Positions 1 through 9,348 of a stretch of 64,000 nucleotides of DNA are shown here, piece by piece (within the stretch, counting starts at the first letter, position 1; every line of letters starts with the position of its first letter). The notes under the pieces were generated by a model. The model was not told the origin of the DNA and did no database searches. It saw only the letters and a list, made by a program, of their open reading frames with translations. Origin of the DNA: Candidatus Bathyarchaeota archaeon (GTDB lineage Archaea; Thermoproteota; Bathyarchaeia; TCS64); NCBI GenBank assembly GCA_963771885.1, contig CAVYVF010000022.1, positions 96,001 through 160,000 of the forward strand, read 5' to 3'. A program made the translations under genes and the position numbers.

Positions 1-132
1 GATCTGCATCTCGATCCGCTTTGTGGCAGCGTCAAGGCGGGGCTTGAGGGGGCCCGGGGGCCTGACGGCGTCCTTTACCTTGGTGGAAAAGGACGGTTCA
101 TCTTTTCTCTCCCATCTATTACCGAAGCTCAT
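1..132 (-). CDS. cdvB: ESCRT-III/Snf7-family cell division protein CdvB-like, N-terminal part (runs off window)
   Basis: Manual translation MSFGNRWERKDEPSFSTKVKDAVRPPGPLKPRLDAATKRIEMQI matches the N-terminus pattern of thaumarchaeal/bathyarchaeal CdvB paralogues. Confidence 0.7.
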   Translation of the reverse strand, partial: MSFGNRWERKDEPSFSTKVKDAVRPPGPLKPRLDAATKRIEMQI

Positions 133-398
133 TATAGATTACGCTCGAAGATAGAAGAGCCCTGTAAACCGCATAGAAGTGTTGCATAGCGGATGTAAAG
201 AAAGGTGCACTTTCACTCACTTTTACAGGTTCTTTTTGACGGTTAGTTGTAAGGACCTCTTTGGTATATGAGAGCAACTCTTACACATATAAATCAAAAC
301 AACTTTTCATAGATAATCTGTTTTTAATGTTCTGAGCATTTTCTCATTACGTCAGTCTTAATATATAAAGTGGGCAATCCTTGAGCAAGGTAATTCGT

Positions 399-611
399 AT
401 GGCAGGTAGATGGACCGTTTTTGGCGTATTCGCCGTGCTCGGCTTCGTCGGGGGTATCCTCGCGAACTGGGCGTATAAGCAGGTGTTCCCGATGCTCGTC
501 AGTATGTTCCCGGACCTCTTCACAGCGGAGTGGTTCCTATCGGGTGTCGGTGGCACAGTGCTCACGCTTCTGATTGTGGTCGTCTGGGCATCCTTCTCCC
601 CCGATAAGTAA
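399..611 (+). CDS. Small membrane protein, two TM helices
   Basis: Hydrophobic 70 aa ORF; TATA-like atatataaa at 361-369. Confidence 0.7.
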   Translation: MAGRWTVFGVFAVLGFVGGILANWAYKQVFPMLVSMFPDLFTAEWFLSGVGGTVLTLLIVVVWASFSPDK

Positions 612-702
612 AGCGGCTGAAGGACCCAGTCTTTTTCCTCTTTTCGAGAGACTCGCAAATGTTTATTGCATCACCGCCTCTAGTCTCTCTGAGGTGCGGG
701 GT

Positions 703-1362
703 ATGGATCGGATATCTCTTAGGCTCGACCTTCATGTCCACACCCGTGCCAGTGTCGACTCCGTGAACACGATCGGCGACATCAACGGTAGGTGTAGGGA
801 GCTGTCGATGGATGGCTACGCTATATGTGACCATGACTCCACAGATTCTCTTGCTGAGGCATCCGCTTCCTCTATGGGACTCGTTGTCGTCCCGGGGCTC
901 GAGGTCACGGCTCGTGGAGCCCATATCCTATGCCTTGACCCGAGTGACTCGATTCCGTCCCACCGCTCGATCGCCGAGACGGTTGAGAGGATACATGCAC
1001 AGGGGGCGACCGCAGTTCTAGCTCACCCCTTTGGGATCCCGAGGAGCTATGTCAGGTACGCGAATGTCGCAGGTGTTGGCTTTGATGCAGTCGAGACGGC
1101 GAACTCCGAGCAGGCGCCCTTCGAGACAGTGATGGGGTGGAACAGGGTACTCGCGGGTCGGCTCGGATTGCCGGAGACGGGTGGGAGTGACTCACACATC
1201 CCTGAGACTTTCGGGCGAAGTTATACAGTCGTCGAGTCTGCGTCACGTGATCCGGAGGACGTCATTCAAGCGATCAGGGATGGGCGGACGCGCGCCTTCG
1301 GTTCAGGGACGAGCCTCGGGGAGAGACTCGCCAAGATCTGGCGGGTTAATCACAAGGCGTAG
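703..1362 (+). CDS. PHP-domain metal-dependent phosphoesterase
   Basis: DLHVHT, AICDHD, GLEVT, AHPF, GGSDSH motifs. Confidence 0.9.
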   Translation: MDRISLRLDLHVHTRASVDSVNTIGDINGRCRELSMDGYAICDHDSTDSLAEASASSMGLVVVPGLEVTARGAHILCLDPSDSIPSHRSIAETVERIHAQGATAVLAHPFGIPRSYVRYANVAGVGFDAVETANSEQAPFETVMGWNRVLAGRLGLPETGGSDSHIPETFGRSYTVVESASRDPEDVIQAIRDGRTRAFGSGTSLGERLAKIWRVNHKA

Positions 1363-1384
1363 CATGGCTTTTATCCACGTGCAT

Positions 1385-2674
1385 ATGGGTCTGTCTCGAA
1401 GAGCTTTGGCGAGGGTCTACGTCGAGGTCTATGGCTGCAGCGCCAACCAGGCTGACGCCGAGATAGCCTCGGGGCTCCTCGCTGAGGCGGGGCACACGCT
1501 CGTTGAGGCACCGGAAGATGCGGATGTTTCAGTAATTCTGACCTGCGTCGTCAAGACACCGACGGAGAGGAAGATTGTAAGGAGGCTCGGCGAGCTCCGA
1601 GGGAGGAAGATAGTCGTCGCCGGCTGCATGGGGAAGGCTCAGACGGGTCTCGTGGAGGAGTCGGCGCCGGGTGCCAGCGTGGTGGGCCCTGACGATGTAG
1701 CGAGGATACCTGAGGCGGTCGAGGCTGCGGTGTCTGGCGGCAGGGTCGTCTTCCTCAGCGGCTCCTCGCCGGACAGGACGTGTCTCCCCCGCGAGAGGCG
1801 GAGCGGACTCATTCACATAGCCCCTATCTCGGCGGGCTGCCTTGGGAACTGTGCCTACTGCATAGTCAAGGTGGCTCGGGGGAGGCTCTACTCCTTCCCC
1901 GTTGAGGGGATACTAGCGGATGCCCGCGCCGCGATTGCTTCTGGGTGCAAGGAGGTATGGGTGACGGCGGAGGACACCGCCGCCTACGATTACGAGGGCG
2001 TGAAGCTACCAGATCTCCTCCGAAGGCTCTGCGGGCTTGAGGGGGACTTTATGGTGCGTGTTGGCATGATGACGCCGAACTCCGCCCTCCCCATATTCGA
2101 TGACCTAGCCGACGCGTTCCGGCACGAGAAGGTGTTCAAGTTCCTTCACGCCCCAGTCCAGTCGGGTAGCGACGGGGTCCTAGCCAGGATGAGGAGGAGG
2201 TACACGGTCGCGGAGTTCAGGGAGCTTGTGACGAGGTTCAGAGAGGAGCTGCCTGGTGTGGGTGTCGCGACTGACATCATCTGTGGCTTCCCCGGCGAGA
2301 CCATTGAGCAGTTTGCGGAGTCGCTGCGCCTCGTCGAGTGGCTCCGCCCCGACATGCTGAATATAAACAGGTTCTGGCCCCGCCCCGGCACCGAGGCGGC
2401 GGCGATGGTGGATGGGTTTCCGAGCAGGGTGACGAAGGACAGGTCGCGTATCCTCGATGAGCTCTGGTGGAGGTTGAACGCGGACATTAATAGTGCCTGG
2501 GTGGGGTGGGAGGGAACCGTTTTCCTCGACAAGGTGGGTCACAGCGGCTTCAAGGAGGGGAGGACTGGCAGCTACAAGGCGGTCGTGGTGAAGACGCGGA
2601 GAAGGCTGGGCTCATGGGTTATGGTCAGGGTGACTGAGGCTGCGAAGGGCTACCTCGTCGCCGAGGAAGCCTAG
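1385..2674 (+). CDS. mtaB: tRNA t6A methylthiotransferase (MtaB/e-MtaB type radical SAM)
   Basis: YGCSANQAD UPF0004 domain, GCLGNCAYC radical SAM motif, HAPVQSGS, TDIICGFPGET, C-terminal TRAM; start uncertain (1385 or 1406). Confidence 0.85.
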   Translation: MGLSRRALARVYVEVYGCSANQADAEIASGLLAEAGHTLVEAPEDADVSVILTCVVKTPTERKIVRRLGELRGRKIVVAGCMGKAQTGLVEESAPGASVVGPDDVARIPEAVEAAVSGGRVVFLSGSSPDRTCLPRERRSGLIHIAPISAGCLGNCAYCIVKVARGRLYSFPVEGILADARAAIASGCKEVWVTAEDTAAYDYEGVKLPDLLRRLCGLEGDFMVRVGMMTPNSALPIFDDLADAFRHEKVFKFLHAPVQSGSDGVLARMRRRYTVAEFRELVTRFREELPGVGVATDIICGFPGETIEQFAESLRLVEWLRPDMLNINRFWPRPGTEAAAMVDGFPSRVTKDRSRILDELWWRLNADINSAWVGWEGTVFLDKVGHSGFKEGRTGSYKAVVVKTRRRLGSWVMVRVTEAAKGYLVAEEA

Positions 2675-2741
2675 TCGAGGACACTACTTGTCGATGCGAT
2701 TCTGGCTCTCCTTTATTAGAGGTGGGCGTATATCTCCGTGC

Positions 2742-2948
2742 ATGAGCGGAAGAGGGAGAACAGGAAGAGACCGCCCCCTTCACGGCGCAGTGGGCGGTAG
2801 GAAGTGCATCGACTGCACGAAGTACTCTCGTAAAACCCTCTACTGCACGAAGGAGCGCCGCGTGACGGCTGAGGGGAAGGAGGCATGCGTCTTCTTCGTC
2901 CCCCGCCACCAGGGGAAGAGCACGATGAGAAGGAAGCCAAAACCCTAG
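2742..2948 (+). CDS. Small basic Cys-rich (putative Zn-binding) protein
   Basis: CxxC..C..C pattern in 68 aa basic ORF; TATA-like tttatta upstream. Confidence 0.5.
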   Translation: MSGRGRTGRDRPLHGAVGGRKCIDCTKYSRKTLYCTKERRVTAEGKEACVFFVPRHQGKSTMRRKPKP

Positions 2949-3023
2949 AGGCGAGGGCGTGGGTTTGGTCGACGGGTGAGCCAGAATGGGATAGCCCCCG
3001 TCGTCCACCCCTCGCCTCTGAGG
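2944..3023 (-). ncRNA. Candidate structured small RNA (long GC-rich hairpin)
   Basis: AGAGGCGAGGG/CCCTCGCCTCT, GTGG/CCAC and CGACGGG/CCCGTCG nested stems; BRE-TATA-like gaaaaatccTTTTAA about 20-25 nt upstream on minus strand. Confidence 0.4.
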
Positions 3024-3136
3024 CGCTCCGAGTGTTAATCGGTTAAAAGGATTTTTCAGATTCTCCCCTGATTCACGTCAGGATCGACGGGGGCTTCGCG
3101 ACCGCTTTTATTGGCGTTCCGTGCAGTATCCATGGA

Positions 3137-4084
3137 GTGTCCACGTTGGTCAAGGTCGCTGTTGTACAGGCTGCGCCTGTCCTCTTCGACAGGGAGGCGA
3201 GTACCGATAAGGTCTGCGCGTTGATCGCTGAAGCCTCGTCTCAGGGGGCTAGGCTGATTCTCTTCCCGGAGGCTTTCATACCCGTCTACCCTCGGGGACT
3301 CTCCTTCGGGATGGTCGTCGGGAGCAGGACTCCGGAGGGGAGGCAGATGTGGGGGAGGTACTGGGAGAACTCGGTGGATGTACCGGGGCCGGTCTGTGAC
3401 AGGATCGGCGAGGCGGCGCGCATCGCTGGTGCGTACGTCGCGGTCGGGGTCATGGAAAGGGATGGTGACTTCGGCGGGGGGACGCTCTACTGTTCCCTCC
3501 TCTACTTCGGCCCCGACGGACGGCTTCTGGGTAAGCATAGGAAGCTGAAGCCGACCGCCGCGGAGCGCCTCGTCTGGGGGGAGGGTGATGGGAGCACCCT
3601 TACTGTTGTAGACACCGAGTTCGGGCGCGTCGGTGGGCTGATCTGCTGGGAGAACTATATGCCCCTCGCCCGCGTTGCTATGTATGGTAAGGGGGTCTCG
3701 ATCTACTTGGCGCCGACGGCTGACGCGCGTGAGAGTTGGCAGGCGACGATGCGTCACATATCATTGGAGGGGCGATGTTTCGTTCTCGGGTGCAATCAGT
3801 ACGTTGAGAAGGGGATGTACCCTAAGGACCTTCCCGGGTCGGAGGAGCTGGCGAGGCAACCCGAAGTGATGTGCAGGGGAGGTAGCGTCGTCTACTCCCC
3901 ACTTGGCGAGGTCCTTGCGGGTCCGCTCTGGGATAGGGAGGGTATCCTTTACGCGGAGCTCGACCCCGGGATGGTCGGGAGGGCGAAGCTAGACTTCGAT
4001 GCGGTCGGGCACTATGCGCGGCCCGATGTCTTCCAGCTCACCGTCGACGAGCGCCCCAAGTTACCTGTGAGATATATGAAGTGA
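3137..4084 (+). CDS. Nitrilase (carbon-nitrogen hydrolase family)
   Basis: FPEAF, HRKLKPT, LICWENYMPLAR (E-K-C triad), DAVGHYARPD. Confidence 0.95.
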   Translation: MSTLVKVAVVQAAPVLFDREASTDKVCALIAEASSQGARLILFPEAFIPVYPRGLSFGMVVGSRTPEGRQMWGRYWENSVDVPGPVCDRIGEAARIAGAYVAVGVMERDGDFGGGTLYCSLLYFGPDGRLLGKHRKLKPTAAERLVWGEGDGSTLTVVDTEFGRVGGLICWENYMPLARVAMYGKGVSIYLAPTADARESWQATMRHISLEGRCFVLGCNQYVEKGMYPKDLPGSEELARQPEVMCRGGSVVYSPLGEVLAGPLWDREGILYAELDPGMVGRAKLDFDAVGHYARPDVFQLTVDERPKLPVRYMK

Positions 4085-4315
4085 GTGTAGTGGATAGTTG
4101 CCCAAGCGGGCGCGTTACGTAGGCAAGTTATAATATCTAATGGAATTGGTGAAGAAGCTTAACCACGCTCTGCATAATGTATCTTTATTAATTGTGAAGA
4201 TTTGTTTTGCGAATTAACCTACTTCCCTTTTTATTAATTGCGCGTGCAAACAGGCGCAATCTCAGGTATTTTATTCGCGCTCTAATGGGAAAATTATTTA
4301 AAAAAAATGTGTTTT

Positions 4316-4567
4316 TTATTTTTTCTCGATATACGCTATGTTGTTAACTACAGAGACCTCGATCTGCTTACCCAATTCCCGTGCATCGATCCTCTTCTTC
4401 AACTGAGTACGAACGTAGTTAGCGTCCTTCCCCTTGATATCAACTTTCACAAGCTTAGACTTGCTGTCATAGAACTGGTCGATTATAGGATCGTACTTGC
4501 TTCCCTTCCGGTACCTTCTACTGGGTTTCTTCTCAACATCAATCAATTTGAATGATACATCAGCCAT
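4316..4567 (-). CDS. Small basic protein, putative DNA-binding/chromatin protein
   Basis: 83 aa Lys/Arg-rich ORF with RBS ggagtga and TATA-like box upstream; function inferred only from size and charge. Confidence 0.7.
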   Translation of the reverse strand: MADVSFKLIDVEKKPSRRYRKGSKYDPIIDQFYDSKSKLVKVDIKGKDANYVRTQLKKRIDARELGKQIEVSVVNNIAYIEKK

Positions 4568-5039
4568 CTTCTTTCACTCCATTTATGGATATCGAGATAG
4601 TTAATAAATATATATGATAATTCTTGATGATATAGAGATTAGTTACTCTCATTATTTAAGAGTAACTTTTTTTATTTCCACTTATAGTGGATTCCCTTCC
4701 CCCTTGGTCTGTTACATACTAAAACCCGATTAAAGCGCGCACGAAAGTCTTCAATACTCGTAGCAATTTTCTCTATACATGCGCGGTTGTGATGTAATGC
4801 TTGTATCATTTACTTTTTTTTAAGACCGTGCAGGCATCTAATGATAGCACTCATTTGCGCGTGCGTTAATATTAATAGATTGAAACCATGTTGCCATCAG
4901 GCGTAAGATATATAATAAATTCATCTTCTCTAAATATCTCAAGTCACTTACCTATTTCCTCCTGATCATATGCTACAATGGCACAAGTACCAGCAGCTGC
5001 GTGTGCCACGAGTTGCAATTCGGACGCGTGCGATCAATC

Positions 5040-5345
5040 TAGTAGTCCATGTTGGTCCAGGTTGTTCCGGCCTCGTGAATCGATTCGTCCAAGATTCCCT
5101 CGTTTCCTTTATCGTCTAAATTTCGTCCACTCGTCCAATCTCATCCAAGGCTACAGCTGCGATGCATGCATGCGTACATCAAAACGACATTAACTGTATC
5201 TCTCAGCTAGGGATGCGTTGACGCATGCTAGCTGAACGTGGAGGGTGCCCAGTCAACAGCTGGATGAAGGGAAACGGCTCAACAAGTGGACGCGTGATGA
5301 TTGGCGCGTGTACCTGTGGACAATTCGTTTACCTGTGGACCTGGC
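5040..5345. repeat. Quasi-palindromic array of TCGTCCA/TGGAC motifs around a central hairpin
   Basis: GTCCA-type boxes at 5045-5147, reverse-complement TGGAC-type boxes at 5261-5340, hairpin TCAGCTAG..ATGCGT-TG-ACGCAT..CTAGCTGA at 5203-5235. Confidence 0.55.
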
Positions 5346-5537
5346 GGAGAAAATTGCATTGGGAAGAGAGGGAGCCGGAATCCGTCAGAATATAGGCGTT
5401 AATGCGAGAGCTTTCACTTAGGTTGGGTTTGAGTAATTTTACACTTTCTCAACGCAAATAGAACTTTTGTCAATAATATTGTCGAAATTGATCTTCACCT
5501 CGACGAGTGTCGACAAAAGGGGGCCCTGTTCAGTTAA

Positions 5538-5615
5538 TGGCGGGCCCGGTGGGATTTGAACCCACGACCCCAGACTTAGGAGGCCTGTGCTCTATCCGTG
5601 CTGAGCTACGGGTCC
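5538..5615 (-). tRNA. tRNA-Arg(CCT), CCA encoded, no intron
   Basis: Cloverleaf: D-arm GCTC/GAGC, anticodon arm CAGGC-CTCCTAA-GTCTG, T-arm GTGGG-TTCAAAT-CCCAC, 3' GCCA. Confidence 0.95.
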
Positions 5616-5670
5616 GCGAACCCGCCTAACCTACTTACTGCCCCAATTTAAAAATAGCCCCAGAGCGAGG

Positions 5671-7480
5671 CTAGCGGACACCGCCTCCGCCACCCCCGAA
5701 TCCACCGCCACCACCAAAGCCTCCACCCATCCTGCCGCCGCCTCCACCGCGTCCACTTGAGGGAGGTGAAGCCACGAAGATCGGGCGGAACCACAGGTAC
5801 ATCATAGGTTGGTACCGGGCGACTTCGATGTCTATTTTGAGCTCCTTCATCGCCTGCGCGACACGGTCGCCGACGCCAAGTGCCGTCCCGTAGACGAGCC
5901 ACTCGCCCCACATCGAGAGGTCCTCGGCTGCCATACTTCTTGAGCTGGGCCATGTCGCCAAGGTGGTTACGGAAGGCGTCCCACTCGAGCTTCTCCTTGA
6001 ACATGCCGGGGAGCCACCTGCCAAATAGCGTTGAGGGGAACATCACGGCGATGACCGCCTCGATTATGGCAAGCATTCCGAGCAGGAAGGGTGTGACGAG
6101 GGTGTAGCCGACGACGGGTGAGAATATGAGGAGTATGATCGCCGTGGCGAGTACAGCCGCGCCGGGGAGGAAAGCGGGGATGAGCCTGCTCCTGCCGCCC
6201 ACCGCGAAGCCCTTTACAACGTTGCCGTTACCCTCCGTCGTAAGCTCGACGAGGTCGTTCTTCACCGCCATACCATGTGCGTAGCTTCCCTTGCCCCTCT
6301 TAATGTCGTGGGCTAGCTCCTTCAGCGTGTCCGTGTCGAAGGCGTCACCCACGGCGTTCTTCTGGAGGAACCCTATGACCTTCTCCTCGTACTTGTCCTC
6401 CGCTTTAGCGTCGAGGACGCGTATCTTCATCCCGCCTTCACGGGGCTCCAGCCTTATCTTCTTCCTCATGTGCATGTCGAGGAGCGTCGCGTAGAAGCCG
6501 TCCTCGTCAAAGTCGAAGACGTCCTTTCTGAAGACGAGGTTGACAAGCCACGGCTTTCTCTTCCTGTTGGGAACCGTGCTAAGGTAGGTGGGCACTGTGA
6601 CGTCCTCCTCTCGCCCGTGGCGAGACCAGATGAGATAGATGAGAACAGGGACGACGAGCACAGCGGCGTAGCTCGCGTAACCTACCCATGTCGCCGCGTT
6701 GTAGCCGAGGCTATACCAGAAGTTCGCGCTCTCAGTCTTCCCCTTCACATCCGAGACAGGGGAGTAGAAGCCGGGGAAGTCGCTCCCAGACGCCATAAGC
6801 AGCTCGACCTCGACTAGTTCATCCTCCGCAGCGCTACCAGTGATAACGTAGCGGTTGCCTTCACGAGTCACCTTGAGGCTCGGCGGGTGGGCGTATACCG
6901 CAGAGATGTAGGCGGCGTCCTCGATTACGACCGTCACCTTCTGATACGGTGCATGGACGCTCGCAAGCATCAGGTTAAGGTGCTTGTAGCTGGAGTCGTA
7001 CTCGATCGGTGGAAACAGATTCCACTCGTAGGAGATGTCGTATGATCCCACTGAGAATCTTGGTGCGTAGTAGCAACCCGCCTCATTATACTCGGCGAGG
7101 CTGTCTATCGTCGATTCGATAAAGGGGTTGTCGGCGCCGGGCGTGAGGATAGTTACGATGCCGTACCTATCCTTGACGTATGCAACGGAGTCTGGCGGAG
7201 GTGTGACGCTCACAGGCTGGATGTATGGTGAACCCTGCGGCTGAAGCGATACGGGGACCTCCCAGCTCCGGTAAAGCATCCTGTACTGGTCGCCCTCAGT
7301 GAACGTGTATGTGAATGACTCAGCAAGTGTACCGTCTGGGAAGATGTGTGCCTCGTAGCTACTTACAACAGCGGGGCCCGAGAGGCCGAAGCCGCCAAGG
7401 GTCGTAGTGACGGCTATACCAACAAGTCCAAGGGCGAGGCCGAGGATGACGATCGTCGCTATCTGCCTAGTCTCGACCAT
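5671..7480 (-). CDS. DUF2207-family membrane protein (frameshift near 5925)
   Basis: Downstream of lem[22 protein letters not shown] and Gly-rich GGGFGGGGG tail in the shifted frame. Confidence 0.85.
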
Positions 7481-8048
7481 CTACGCCAATCCCCGTGACC
7501 TTCGGCGGAGACTCCACCTCGTCGCCAAACCTCAAGTACTCCAGCTTCTCCATGCCGAGTATCCCCGCAACAAAGTTCGAGGGAATCGTGTCCCTCATCG
7601 TGTTGAACTCCTGGACGATGTTGTTGTAGGTGTACCTGTGGCGCCCTATCTCGTCCTCTAGGCTGACTATCGCCTCCATAAGGTTCTTGACGATGTCCGA
7701 GGCTTTGAGGTCTGGATACGCCTCGGCTACGGCGCGTATACTCCCGAAGAGGCTTGCGCTCTCCCTCTGCAAGTTCGCTAGATTGGCGGGCCCGGCGCCC
7801 ATCACCTGCGCACGAAGCGTCGCTACCTTCTCGAAGACCTCTCTCTCGAACTTCGTGTATCCCTTGACGGCGCCGAGCAACTGCTCGATCATGTCGAACC
7901 GCTTCTTCATCGCTACCCTGATCTGTCCCAGCTCTGCCTCCGAGGCATTCTTGAACCTGAATAGTCTGTTATAAAAGGTCACGAAGACCAGAACAAGGAC
8001 GATGAGGACGACCGCCAACGCGCCTAGGCCAAGCGTGAATGTGTCCAA
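7467..8048 (-). CDS. lemA: LemA family protein
   Basis: N-terminal TM, YNRL..KKRFD, AVAEAYPDLKAS, RYTYNNIVQEFNT..PSN. Confidence 0.95.
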   Translation of the reverse strand: MDTFTLGLGALAVVLIVLVLVFVTFYNRLFRFKNASEAELGQIRVAMKKRFDMIEQLLGAVKGYTKFEREVFEKVATLRAQVMGAGPANLANLQRESASLFGSIRAVAEAYPDLKASDIVKNLMEAIVSLEDEIGRHRYTYNNIVQEFNTMRDTIPSNFVAGILGMEKLEYLRFGDEVESPPKVTGIGVDGRD

Positions 8049-8231
8049 GCCACTCCCCTAAATTCAAGGATTGCACCGATGTTAAAAGCAATCCGCCTAT
8101 AGGCTCTATAGATTACGCAGGGTAGATAAAACAAGCCAATAAAGGGACATATTAAGCATCTGCATTTTAAGATACGAGGCAAAGTGGGGTGGATTAAAGG
8201 CTAATAAGTGCGTCGCAGTCTAGAGGCAAGC

Positions 8232-8525
8232 ATGGAACCAGCCCTCCGCGGCATCATCGAGAAGGTCATCGACGAGGAGCTGAGCGAAGAAAAGCTCAGC
8301 AGCAACTACGGCGTCTTCGGGGCGTTCAAGGACAGAGGGCTAATCGACTCGGTCAGCTCGGCGATGTTCGGCCGCGTCTATATGCGCGCCTACCAGGCAT
8401 GGCTCGACTACAAGGCTAGCCACGCCGAGGAGCCGCGCCCAGAAGAGGCAGTGGAACTCGTCAGGATATTCGAAAGCCGCGCCATCGAGATAAAGTCGAA
8501 GATAAGCGAGATCGCGAGCCTCTGA
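8232..8525 (+). CDS. Hypothetical protein
   Basis: 97 aa ORF with host-like codon usage. Confidence 0.6.
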   Translation: MEPALRGIIEKVIDEELSEEKLSSNYGVFGAFKDRGLIDSVSSAMFGRVYMRAYQAWLDYKASHAEEPRPEEAVELVRIFESRAIEIKSKISEIASL

Positions 8526-8556
8526 AGGAAACAGTTAACCGGGATAGTGCGCCTAT

Positions 8557-9348
8557 TTGTTGAACGGCTTGGCGCCAGAGGAGAACTTCCTATCGGACGC
8601 AGAGTACCCCGAATATATCTCGGGGCTCGGCGGTCTTCGTAGCCGCATAGCCGGCGCCATACCCCTCGAGCCTAGAATGCGCGTCCTAGACGGGGCAGCC
8701 GGCTCCGCCCAGTTCGCGATCGAACTCGCTAAAAGGGATCCAACACTAAAAATCGTCGCAATAGATGTCTCCGAGCGTACTGTACGCTCCGCCGAGCGCA
8801 GGGTAAAGGAGAAGTGGCTTGACTCCAGCGTGACGACGCTGATGATGGACTCGACCCACCTTGACTTCCAGCCCTCCACCTTCGGCCTAGCCACCAACTT
8901 CATGGGACTCGACGACATCCACACGACGCGCGGTCCCCAGGGAGTACGGCAGAGTATACAGGAGGTCGCGCGCGTCCTCAAGCCTCGAGGCTTCTTCTGC
9001 TTCACCATCATCCCACCCGAGGAAGCGGAGACACCAGCTCAGCGCCTCGAATGCGAAGCCTATTCACACGCCTGCGGCGCCACTTGGCTACCGACTATAA
9101 AGTACCAAGAGTTCCTACGCGGCGCCGGCTTCACACTCCTCAAGAAAGAGACCTTCTTTACGGGGAAGAAACTCAATGCTGAGCAGGCGATGCAGCAACT
9201 CGGCGAGGCGATAGAGAAGGCACAAGCACATAACGTCGAGACATTACCCCTCGACGAGGTGTGGAAACGTTTCGGCACAGAGATCACTAAGAATGGTCTA
9301 GGCCACTGCTCGAGAAGCGTCCTCATGATTGCGAGGAAGAACGCCTAA
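8557..9348 (+). CDS. Class I SAM-dependent methyltransferase
   Basis: VLDGAAGSA motif I, IVAIDVS, EVARVLKPRG. Confidence 0.85.
   Translation: MLNGLAPEENFLSDAEYPEYISGLGGLRSRIAGAIPLEPRMRVLDGAAGSAQFAIELAKRDPTLKIVAIDVSERTVRSAERRVKEKWLDSSVTTLMMDSTHLDFQPSTFGLATNFMGLDDIHTTRGPQGVRQSIQEVARVLKPRGFFCFTIIPPEEAETPAQRLECEAYSHACGATWLPTIKYQEFLRGAGFTLLKKETFFTGKKLNAEQAMQQLGEAIEKAQAHNVETLPLDEVWKRFGTEITKNGLGHCSRSVLMIARKNA

Noticed and set aside
5040..5345. CRISPR array or canonical Orc1/Cdc6 origin
   Set aside because: No constant-length repeat-spacer units, no cas genes, no ORB consensus and no cdc6 in the window.
5671..5770. GGC/GGT-rich low-complexity repeat
   Set aside because: Encodes the ordinary Gly-rich tail of DUF2207 proteins.
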